A stretch of 64,000 nucleotides of DNA from Eremomyces bilateralis CBS 781.70 (taxonomy: Eukaryota), in NCBI GenBank assembly GCA_010015585.1, contig ML975157.1; one strand, written 5' to 3'. The position numbers were made by a program, and so were the translations under genes. The first letter of the stretch is position 1. Every line of letters starts with the position of its first letter. Positions 27,228-38,057 of this stretch are shown one piece after another. The notes under the pieces are model-generated. The model was given only the letters and a program-made list of their open reading frames with translations, had not been told where the DNA came from and ran no database searches.

Positions 27228-28232
27228 ATGGTCACCGAAGCAGAAGCAAAGCAGATATTCACCGACTCGATTCACTTCGATTCGCTCATAGTAGCCAAAT
27301 GGAGCCCTGAAACTTTCGCTGCACTGCATGCCAGCGGAATCACGGGGGCGTCATGCACAATCTCGATCTGGGAAGACTTCAAACAGTCGATAAAACAAGT
27401 CGTCCAATGGAAGAGGTGGTTCGAAGAGCATGAGGGAATCATTGTGCAGGCGTACACGGCTCAAGATGTGCGCCGAGCGAAGAGTCAAGGCAAGACGGCG
27501 ATCCTCCTGTCCTGGCAAAATACCGCTGGCATTGAAGACCAGCTCGACTACTTGCGTGTGTTCCACGAGCTGGGAGTGCGCAAGATGCAGCTGACTTACA
27601 ACACGCAAAACTACTCTGGTGCTGGATACACGGAATTGAACGACTCGGGTCTGACGGGATTTGGGCGCGAAGTCGTGGATGAGATGGCCAAACTGGGAAT
27701 GATTGTCGATCTGAGCCACGTCGGCGACAGGACTAATTAGTGAGGATACCATCAATTATGCCTCCAAGCCTCCGTGCATTTCTCACGGTTTCCCAAGAGG
27801 GCTCGTTGACCACCCTCGAAACAAGCCGGATGCACTCCTCAGCTGTGTACCGAAAAAGGTGGCTACGTTGGTATCAACTGCTTTGGCCCGCACATGCCTA
27901 AAGGCAACGACAGTACTATAGATGATTATGTTGCCGCTCTTGACTACACCATTGCTTTATGTGGCGAGGATCACGTTGGCATCGGCTCAGACAACGCAGA
28001 CGGCCATAAGCGGCCCAGTGCCTTCATGGACTGGGCCAACAAGGACAAGGGCTACGCCCGACGTTCGACACCTTGGGGAACCTCTGCAAAGGTTGTCAAG
28101 CCACTTGGGCCTCTGGAGAACCGACCTGAATTGCCTGTCGCAATGGCGAGAGCCGGCTGGAGCGAGGAGAAAATTAAAAAGGTGTTAGGGGAGAATTGGC
28201 TGCGATACATGGAGACCATTATAGGCAGTTGA
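27228..28232 (+). pseudogene. Bacterial-type membrane dipeptidase (peptidase M19), intronless, disrupted
   Basis: MQLTYNTQN..G.G, DSGLTGFGREVVDEM..LGMIVDLSHVG, SH...HPRNK.D, GEDHVGIGSD, DKGYARR, KVLGENW. A 4-bp insertion at about 27735-27738 creates TAG TGA; a 1-bp deletion lies near 27841. Confidence 0.85.
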
Positions 28233-28487
28233 AAAAATAAATAAATTATAGACACAAGAGTCTCATTAATATGGCTCAAATGAACCAGGGGCCATGGTGA
28301 CGGTGTCGAGGTGATGGCGAAGATAAGGTGTATCCTCAGAGCACAAGACACTGTCGAAAAGAGATCATCTATAGTTACTGATAAAACAGCGTAGCTAGGT
28401 CATACAGAATGCTTAAGACCCGGACACTCAAGAATGGGGGACAATTTTAGGACCTAATGTACAAATAGTTAGATTTAGAAAGTCTAG

Positions 28488-30554
28488 TTACTTGTTCCAA
28501 TATTCGTGTAGCAGTTCAAGGTCCACCTTGTCCTCGGCCTTGAGGTAAGATGTCAGCTTCTCAACACCTCCGATCCTTTCCCGCTCCGTCCAGCCACTGC
28601 CAAAGTAGGCATATCTATTCTTTTTTGCATCTCCTGATCGATCATAATCAAAGTCTTCCCATCGCGGCTCACGACAAATCATGATCCGATGATGTCCGGA
28701 TCCTGGCCACCAAACCAGAGTTCGAGGCTTCGGTCCTGAAGACTTCAACCACGAGCTGCAAGTGTCGCTGACGACTTTGTCCTGAAAGTACCCCAAACAA
28801 AGGTCATTGAAATCCTCCACGGCCTCCCTTGAAGGCGTGATGGAGCGATATGATTGGAGCTGGAGTTTACGGATAACCTTGGCAATGTATGTAGCTGATA
28901 TCTCGCATTGCAGCGGGATGGATCCACCTCCACCATTACTTTGCGCCTAGAATTCCATGTTAATATATAACGGAACAACCATCACGGAATCTCGCGGTCT
29001 CATGTCATAAAAGGATACATACCTGGAGAATGAAGAAGTAGTTGGGCATGTCGGGGGCCATGATCCCAAAGTATGTCTCCGGATAGCCTACCGCTCCTCC
29101 ATTTGCCCAATCTTTGCTGATGTCTACGCCGTTTCGGCCAACCGTTGGAAAATAGGGAACAAAACCGTTTGAAAACCCCGTCGCAGCGATGATCAAGTCG
29201 ACCACACGCTCCTGTCCATCGGATGTCACGATTCCTTTGGCCGTAACACGATCGATTCTGTCCTGTACGAAGGTGACCTTTTCATCCTGTAGTGCCTCCA
29301 GATATCCAGGAGCGGGAGTCAGCCGCTTGCAACCGGGTGCAAAGTCGGGTAAAAGCCTGTCAAGCCATTCTTTGCTACCGTTCAGCTGGCGAGACATAGT
29401 CTTGATGCATGCTTCTCGAAGCTCCTCGTTGTCCTCGCTGCCCAGGATTGTCCGCTGGAATCGTTCGTGAAGATTCTTCTCGATAGTGCGTCGATACGCC
29501 ACATACTCCTCAGGATCATTGTTGAACTTTCTTATGTCCTCTTTCGTGTACTGGTAACCACCAGGATTACCGGCTTCAGCCTGGACCGTGTTTTTCTGGA
29601 GGCTCGGAGTCACCCAGACTTTCGATCTCACGTAGTGATCGAGGTGGGCAACTTTTGGGAGGATGTTCGGGACAATTTGTTGCCCACTTGCTCCGTTGCC
29701 AATCACGGCGACACGTTTGCCTGTCAAGTCGTAGTTGACATCCCACACTGCAGTGTGTAGGACAGGGCCCTTATATTCGGTCATGAGACCAGGGATGTCC
29801 GGCATTTGAGGCTTGCTGAGTCGACCTTGGGCGTTGATGAAGAATGGGGCGGTATCTGTTGTTATTACACCGGTGTCCATGTTCTTGACTTGAATTTCCC
29901 AATTGGCCAGATTTGGTATCCATGTTGCTCTGATGACCTCTTTTCGAAACTGGATATGCGAGCGTACATTGTACTTGTTAACTATGCTCTCATAGTATTC
30001 ACGGATTTCATGGCCCCTAGAGTAATATTCCGACCAGTGATGGTTTGGAGCAAACGTCGTCTCTACTCATCAAGATTAGATAAACAAATCGAGTCGCACG
30101 GATGTCACCAAAGACCCTTACGATAACAGTGAGACGGCACGTCACATCGAACACCAGGATAAACATTCTCAGCCCAGGTCCCGCCCTTTGAGTGTGACGC
30201 TGTTAGCCAGTTCATGAGTTTTCCCTTTTTTTTGAGTGGGCGAGGGCTTTGGGCCTACAAGCTTTGTGTTTTTGTCGTAAATCACATATGACAAGTTTCG
30301 GACCTTGTAAGACAGCAAGATTGCCGTGATAATACCCGCAAGGCCGGCACCAACGATGATAATCTACAAGACTCAGTATGCTCACACATTTGACGGGCGT
30401 ATGCTTTCCATACCTTTACCGGTTGGTCAGGATCTAATGGTCTAGCTTCAGGGTAGAAAGGAGGTCGGGTGGCATCATCCAGATGGTCACGGGCAGATGG
30501 TGATGACGCTCGCGGCGTAGTCGAATGTCGCTGATGGGCCACTGCAGGGTTCAT
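28488..30554 (-). CDS. Class B flavin-binding monooxygenase (FMO/BVMO-like)
   Basis: IIVGAGLAG, GGTWAENVYPGVRCDVPSH, fingerprint YKGPVLHTAVWD, VIGNGASG, PGCKRLTP, ATGF. Introns 30413-30364, 30258-30186, 30121-30063 and 29022-28947 give a continuous ORF. Confidence 0.9.
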
Positions 30555-30574
30555 TGTAACAAATAATTTGCATA

Positions 30575-31950
30575 TCTCATGATTGATCATCTGCTCAATC
30601 ATTTGAACAACTTGTAGTAAGTCGCCTCTTGAACTCATAAGGTAGTCATTCAAAACCTTGTGCATTCCTTCAACAGGAGAAGTAGTAATTTTGTTATAAT
30701 ATCAGTGATGAAACGTCTATGCAGCTGCCCACTCGGTGCACGTATGGTATTGATTTTCGCATAGATATGTGCAAAGTTCTCGTTGGTCAGCATGATCTTT
30801 CAGTAATACGTCCCACTTGAATTGGAACTCAAGTGGTCTCTTTATGTAAACAAGCTGTTCTAATTAGGTCTATTGTTTCTTGTGTAGTCAGAGCTGGAGC
30901 ATGCCTAGGCCCAACGCTTCATAAATTTAGCCCGTTTATCACCGATTTCCTGCTTCTCTTCTCTTGTTATGCCATTAGCGTCTCGCCAGGTCTTTTGAGC
31001 CTTTGTCTGCACAATCTTATTGATATGCCATACGTATCAGAGTTGTAGAACACCTGGAAACAGAGTGCGAACTGCCAGTTTCACTGCATCCTCCTGACCG
31101 CTGATGAACATGCGTGGCTGTGGTGCCCCTGTATTGAGGAGGAAGTTTGAGATTGCCTAATGGTAGTCTGCTTGTGTCTCGTTACGGAGGAAGTAGAAGC
31201 CTGCAGAGAAGAAGGTCTATAGATTGGTGCAGCCAAGTATGTGCAACAGTGGGAGTTTGTACTTGTTGGTTCGGTACGTAGAGTCTATCAACAGGACATC
31301 GGGATTCGCAAGCAGCAACTCGATCTGCTTCTGGTAGGCAAAGAAGAGACTATGCACGTGGTTCTCCACATCCTTTTTAACAGTATGTATTAGAGACCCA
31401 TTGCGGGATAGAGAGATCGTCCAACAACGTCTCGATAGGACTCCTCCCGTTGAAGTGCTTCTTTCTAATTACCTTCCTCTCACTATGGATGTTGGTAGCG
31501 GAGACCAGCGTATCCGGATCCTCCTTTTGAATAGCAGCCAATATCTCCATCGGCCGCGCCCCAGTATATATCATGAACTAGATCGTGTCTTTCTATGCTA
31601 TTGTCCGTTTACGATAGATATTATGCGCGCTAAGATAAAGTGATCGGGGATAGTTATAATAATGGTTTCGAACCTCCCGCTTCCACTGGTTGCGATTCGT
31701 CTTGAAGAGAACAAGCTTAAAAGGACCTCCTGTTGCGAGAGTACTTGTGCTTCGAGCCCTTGCTTTTGACTGATACTTTTTGAATCGATCGCAGTGGTTG
31801 TAATATCGTGTTTTAATATCGGTTTTGTGAGGGTAGCTCTGCTTGACTACGAAGCCGTAGCCATGCTGCATGCCATGGACCAACAGCTACTCAATTATAG
31901 TAGTTATTCTAGTATCGACAATCTGAACGAGGCCTCGAAAGGTCAGCAAG
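30575..31950 (-). mobile_element. Mutator-like (MULE) transposase relic, degraded
   Basis: FAR1-like N-terminus (HGYGFVVKQS..CDR..PFKL), LLIDSTYRTNKYKLPLL, xWHINK, TTSPVEGMH; several in-frame stops and frameshifts. Confidence 0.88.
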
Positions 31951-32991
31951 GAGTGCAAGGCCTTATAATGCGTTGCGAACACGTCGCAAGGCTGCATTAG
32001 GAAAATATGCGCTAGGTTAAATCGGGCGATTAATTTCCATTATTAGTACTAGTTAGCATTGGGGACAAATCTCACCAGCCTTGAAAGTTTGGGGGTTGAA
32101 ATAAACGAAAACAGCCAGGCGCGCTAAGACTGATATAGAACGCTAGTCCCAAAGAGGTCCTCACTTCTCAGTTTACAATTTACATAATACATGATCCTCC
32201 TCCCCGCATCCGGCATCACTGATCACATGCCGCCATCTGTGCTCTGGTCGCCTCTGGGAAGCGCAGAAGCGAGGCCTTGGACTCGGTTTTAGTCCAACGT
32301 CACAGTTCAAGATGCCCCCCATTTCTAAGTCACACAGTATACCACTAATGTCCACAGAAAATTATCTAAGTAAAAGCAAATAAATGTCAAGAATACTTAT
32401 CACTACAGTCGATAAATGCATTAATCTTCCGACTTCAGAGTGGCGAGAGTACAAAACTAACCCCGCATTATCCATCCGTCATCGATGGCAACTACTATAT
32501 ACTTACAGGTACTATGTAACCAGTCTACCACAGTCCACAAGTCCGCATCTGTTTCATTGTCTGTTTGAACTTTAATGCGAATTTTGCACGGCGCATGAGC
32601 TTCCAGGGTCCCAGTGTATCAAATTCGGGCGAACTAACAATGGCGGCTCCGCGAATCATCAGCCCGGGTAAACTCGCTCCATCCTCTGACCGTCCGGCGT
32701 TTCTTCCCGACTTCGGGAAACCCGTCATCGCTAGGGTGCAGATCGACCGAGGCTCATCAGGATTCCGCCCATCTCGACGACCGCTGACCAGAGAGCAACT
32801 CAGGAACCGCCGGGCATAACTGGAACTCTGGGATGCCTGTGTCGTGCGTCCCAGTTGGTCTCGGGACCTGCGAATTATTGCGTGCGCCGAGATCTAACCG
32901 ACTGAACTTTTGAGTCCTGCTTGTCTTAAATAACTAACCGGCTTGCGCATGTCTCATCGCATCGCATTCCCGCTACTTTTCCCGCTTGCCT

Positions 32992-33003
32992 TCCGTTCGG
33001 CCG
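32992..33003 (+). promoter_or_regulatory. Carbon source-responsive element (Cat8/FacB-type)
   Basis: TCCGTTCGGCCG matches the yeast consensus YCCRTTNRNCCG exactly, about 140 bp upstream of the SFC1 ATG. Confidence 0.6.
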
Positions 33004-33140
33004 CAGTTCAGAGTCATCCGCCCTAGGAGCTCTTGTGTTTTGCTTCCATATTCGAGTTTTTGGTGTTTCAATTGCGTATATATTTCACGATCTGATCTAC
33101 GCCACCTTGTCCAACCGACCTGACCTGCCTGTCCCTCACA

Positions 33141-34408
33141 ATGGCTGCGAACACGACGAAAGGCCCGGGTGGGAAGAAGCCTGCATCCGTGGCAACCAAC
33201 TTGATAGGCATGTTGGCTTCAATTTCCCGCCAACAAATCGTCACTAACGCCGTATACAGCTGGAGGAGGTGCAGGCATGATGGAAGCGCTTGTTTGCCAT
33301 CCATTGGGTATGTGACTGCCCATAATATTTCTATATCCCGAATCTGACCTCCTCCAGATACCATCAAGGTCCGAATGCAGCTCTCAAGGAGAGCGCGAGC
33401 TCCAGGGGTCAGTGCACTGTTTCCACATCACTGTAGGGCGAGGCTGTTGACGCTGACAATGCTCCGGCGGTATAGGTTAAACCGCGTGGTTTCATAGCTA
33501 CCGGCACCGAAATCGTGAAGAAGGAGACACCCTTGGGGTTATATAAGGGTCTCGGGGCGGTCCTGACGGGAATCGTACCCAAAATGGCCATCCGATTTAC
33601 CTCCTACGAGAAATACAAGCAATTTCTCGCAGACGAGAATGGCGTCGTCAGCGGACGAGCAACCTTCCTTGGTTCGTTATCCCCCGATACTATTGATTTT
33701 CTCGACCTTGTTCACTGACATCCACTCAGCTGGTCTGTCTGCCGGTGTCACAGAAGCTGTGGCGGTGGTTACGCCTATGGAAGTTATCAAGATTCGGCTA
33801 CAGGCTCAACACCACTCGATGGCAGACCCATTGGATGTTCCCAAATACCGGAACGCCGCCCACGCCTTGTATACGGTCGTAAGGGAGGAGGGATTTGGCG
33901 CTCTGTATCGGGGTGTATCACTGACGGCCTTAAGACAAGGAAGTAACCAGGCAGGTGAGTGATGTCTCCCAACGAGTTGATCAAACTCGGTACCAAATGC
34001 AGATCGAGGCTAATGATGTCCGGTATAGTGAATTTCACTGCCTACACATACTTCCGACGTTGGCTCCAAGAGTGGCAAGGAACCACCGACCTACCATCGT
34101 ACCAAACCATGTTCATTGGTCTCGTCTCCGGTGCCATGGGACCCCTTTCGAATGCACCGATTGACACAATCAAAACCCGCCTTCAGAAGACCCCAGCCAA
34201 GCCTGGCGACACCGCGATGGGACGCATCGTGAACATCAGCAGCGACATGTGGAAACAAGAGGGCACGCGAAGCTTTTACAAGGGCATTACTCCTCGGGTC
34301 ATGCGGGTAGCTCCGGGGCAGGCCGTGACGTTCACGGTGTACGAATACCTCAAGGGCGTCTTGGAAAAGTCCAGAGATGTGCTACCGGGCGGGAAGTACG
34401 AGGAGTGA
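33141..34408 (+). CDS. SFC1: Mitochondrial succinate/fumarate carrier
   Basis: NLIAGGGAGMMEALVCHPLDTIKVRMQ, GIVPKMAIRF, PMEVIKIRLQAQ, ALRQGSNQA, PIDTIKTRLQ, ITPRVMRVAPGQA. Introns 33208-33259 (GC-AG), 33308-33357, 33408-33475, 33672-33729, 33955-34028. Confidence 0.95.
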
Positions 34409-34916
34409 GTGCTGCGAATGCGAGATTGAAATTTTTGGGTTTCTGTGCTTTTGTGTTCTTCTTGGTGGAGCATCCTATCTGACTACTATATTAGAGGGTC
34501 GGGTAAACAGCAAAAGCATGTGGGCACGGCGTCATGACCAGTTACAGACCTATTTCCTCACAGATAGTCATTGAAGCGATTCATCGAGCATTTTCCATTG
34601 GCCTTCCTATATTGCTATTGCAAGCTCTTTCTTCATCAAGTATCTACATTTCTATAGAAGGCAACGAAAGCACGTTATACCTCTAGCGGCGATGACAGAA
34701 GCTAGACTATGGAGGCATAGTTTAACATATCTACAATCCACGTGAATATCATCATATTGAACCTAGTCGATCGATGCGGAATAGGAAATGAATGGCCCAA
34801 GGTGATGGCTCTATCCTGTCATGCCTACGTGAATCCATAAGGCCAAATTCCCCGAGGCTGCTCTTAGCACTTGCTTGCGCTTTGGACAACGTCCAGAGCA
34901 ACTGGGTTGGAGCTGT

Positions 34917-36036
34917 CTATCGCCGCCCAGGGCGCTTTGGCTTCGAAAACCCAGCTTTCTCCTCTACTTTCGGAGCGAACTCGTCTTGAATCATGCTCAC
35001 GGTGATCTCGGAGGGGTCACTCGCCTCAAGCTAACATGCGCGTCAGAACTTCCAAAACCCCAAGTCCACTGGGATGATCGTCATACCTTCTTTGCAAGCT
35101 TCAATCCAGCCTCCTTCTCTGCAATCGTTACAACGCCTCGCTTAGAAGCGGCGTAGAGCATCTTCTCTTTCGGTTTTGCCGTACTTGGGCACGTATAGAG
35201 GAAGAGAATGGGCGCATCCCCATCGGCATTCGGGTGGCTGTATCTGTAGAAGGTATACCGTGGCTCTTGCGATGATATTGAAGAGCTCAGAGAGGCGACA
35301 TCCACGGATTCAGCGGGGCCGACCAGCTCTAGTTGTTCCGCCTGCACATCCATCCGCTTAACTCCATGAATTAGACATTGATACTCTGGATCGTATCCTA
35401 CGACTTACAATTTGCAGGCACTCGGAGCCTGAGCCACTACCCAGCGCTCTCAGCGCCTCAACGACCCCTTCTCCAAGCTTCGAGCCCACCTTACTCGTCC
35501 CATATCCGCCGCCCCTCCGTCCGGTTCCACCGCTCTCCAACGCCTCTGCCTCTCTAATCCCCTCCAGATCTTTCTCTTCCTGCGTCAACGGCCGCTCCGC
35601 CGAGGCGTGCGCTTGATGCTTCTTCCACCCGTCGTCGGTCAGCTCGTCCGCTTCCGTGACGAAGATCGAGTCGGCGAAGTGCTCGGACCCGAGCTCGCGG
35701 AGCAGGGTCAGCCGTGTGGACGCGAAGAGGGTCTTCGAGCGGACCGGTGCGGCGTCCGGGACGTAGGTAATGGCGATAATAGCGCTGTCGGAGTTTCGGA
35801 GGATGATGTAGAGGGCTTGGTCTCTCTTGAGGTGCTGGGGGAGGTCGGTTTTGGAGGAGACATTATCGAAGGGGACGAGGGCTTCTTTCTCGATGACGGC
35901 CAAAAGGGCATAGAGGCCTGTGTCGTTCAGAAAAGACTTGAAGGCATTGTGTAGTTCCGCGCTTGCTTCAACACTGGTTAGCCACTTGCGACAATCGTGT
36001 TATGATATGGAACGAACCGGAGATTCCTGACTGCAT
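34917..36036 (-). CDS. TWF1: Twinfilin (two ADF-H domains, actin monomer binding)
   Basis: MQSGIS start, YVPDAAPVRSKTLFASTRLTL.RELG, PRYTFY, YTCP..KEKMLYA, C-terminal FSKPKRPGRR; three introns. Confidence 0.93.
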
Positions 36037-36564
36037 TTCGATGGAATCCTTGGTATATACTACAGGTTGACAGAAAAGCTGCCTTATGAACCCGTGAATA
36101 TGCCTGGACCTTGACTGGTATATTCCTCTTCCCGCGTCTTGGTTATCACCGAATTCCTGGATGGTCGGGTTCTCGCCTCTCCAGCGCCTTAAACATTCGA
36201 GCGCCATGGTTGGAGTAAGATTCCCCGGATTCCGCCGCCCGCTCCGCTCCGGCCCCACTTCCGCCCTGTTCCTCCCACTTCCGCCCCAATCTTAGCGAGA
36301 ATCCCGCACACCTCCCTCCTCTCCACCGCACCATCCCAGCCGGAGACACAACTTTCGCATGAAGCTGTGTCAAAGTCGTGATTTATCACCTCCCCGAGCC
36401 CACAACGAAACCGCCCAACTCTTCCTCGGTACGTGATTGCAGTTCCGTCGGAGCGCACATCTTTTGCACATCACTCTGCTCCTCGACTCGTCGGTCCCAG
36501 CTAATTGAGCCTGACAGCCCCGACCTTGAACTTCCGCATCTCAACCGAATAGATCTCAGCAGCC

Positions 36565-37471
36565 ATGGATCAAGCAAAGCTTGCACGAATGCAAGCGTCG
36601 GTGCGCATTGGTGAGTGATGATTTCATGCAAATTCGTAGCAATGTCGAAAGATGCTGTCATTATCTCCGTTTGAGAAAACCATGGCTGACTCCGGATATA
36701 GGGTGAGTGATGTCCACTTTCGGGTTTTGGATTCTATTCAAGCCGACGAGCACTACGACGGCATCTACCGCTTGCGAAATCCATCGGAACACGCGGCATG
36801 GTGGTCTCGCTCGTCGATGCAGTGTCGGGTGCTGCCAGTTTTCGATAAACATGAGCGGTCATTTCAGCTAGGATGGGCAAAGGCTAACATAATATCCTCT
36901 AGTGGCAAGGGCACACCGCGCCGCAAGGTCAAGAAGGTCCACAAGTCATCAGGCACCGATGACAAGAAGCTTCAAGCGGCGTTGAAGAAGCTCAATGTGC
37001 AGCCGATCCAGGCCATCGAGGAGGTCAACATGTTCAAGGCGGACGGCAATGTCATTCATTTCTCGGCACCTAAAGGTATGCGCGATATGTCTAGTCTCCC
37101 AGTACCATCCATGATGGAATCGATGCCTTTCTTCTCTTTAGCTTGTCTACAGCACCCTATCTCATGCCGCTACTAGCTCCCGCTCGTTCATTTACTAACT
37201 ATATGATCTCCTAGTTCACGCTGCGGTTCCCGCCAACACCTTCGCCATCTACGGCAACGGCGAAGAGAAAGAGCTCACCGAACTTGTCCCCGGTATCCTG
37301 AACCAGCTGGGCCCCGACAGCCTCGCGTCGCTACGAAAGTTAGCCGAGAGCTATCAGCAGATGCAAGGCGCCGGTGGCAAGGGTAAGGAGGGCGAGGGCG
37401 AGGCGGACGACGATGACATCCCGGACCTGGTGGCCGGCGAGACCTTCGACAAAGATGAAGGCGTCGAGTAA
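36565..37471 (+). CDS. EGD1: Nascent polypeptide-associated complex beta subunit (BTF3)
   Basis: Exons 36565-36610, 36702 (1 nt), 36903-37075 and 37215-37471 give [69 protein letters not shown]. Confidence 0.96.
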
Positions 37472-38057
37472 AGTCGCCTGGGGAGCCAGGTTCCCGAACG
37501 AGGCCGGACAGCAGGACGATCGCGCGAGGACGCCGTACGGTGATAAGGGACGCGCTCCTTCCACGGGGGCTGGGATTCTACTAGGGAGTTTTAAGAGTAC
37601 GCATTTCTCTATCCAGGTGGACCGTTCTGGAAAGGAACCGGAAGAAAGGATTCAGGCACGCATGCATTTTCCAGCGATCAAAGCAAACGAGTCAAAAGTG
37701 CCTTTTCCATCCTCAACCGGTTTGGTGCTGTGTGTTGCGTGATCGTCAATCCATTGAGTCGGCCGGTAGGATTCTCATGCGTCTGGAAAGTAACAATTGC
37801 CCATCACGTTTCGATATGATAATACCGTCGTGGAAACAACTGGAGATTACCGATATCATACTAGCACTACAGCCGGCTGGCTGAAACGGGAATACGCATG
37901 GTATCTCCCTATTGTTGTACTGTACAATGCAACGCTTAGTGCATGCATTCAATCAACAGCCACCCAATGCCGAGAACCCCTGGGAAGGATGGTATACTAA
38001 TCATGACTCATTAGGCCTCCATAAACAACGCTATACATAATCTTGCCCCGCTGAGAA

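Noticed and set aside
27738..27845. Programmed frameshift, readthrough or intron rescuing the dipeptidase
   Set aside because: The segment encodes conserved SH/HPRNK motifs in a shifted frame, has tandem stops, and lacks convincing splice or slippery signals.
15500..32500. Starship or other giant mobile element
   Set aside because: No DUF3435 tyrosine recombinase and no boundary repeats seen.
36611..36902. Stwintron (intron nested in a splice signal) in EGD1
   Set aside because: Both introns already have complete donor, branch and acceptor signals, and the intervening G must stay in the mRNA, so it is a micro-exon.
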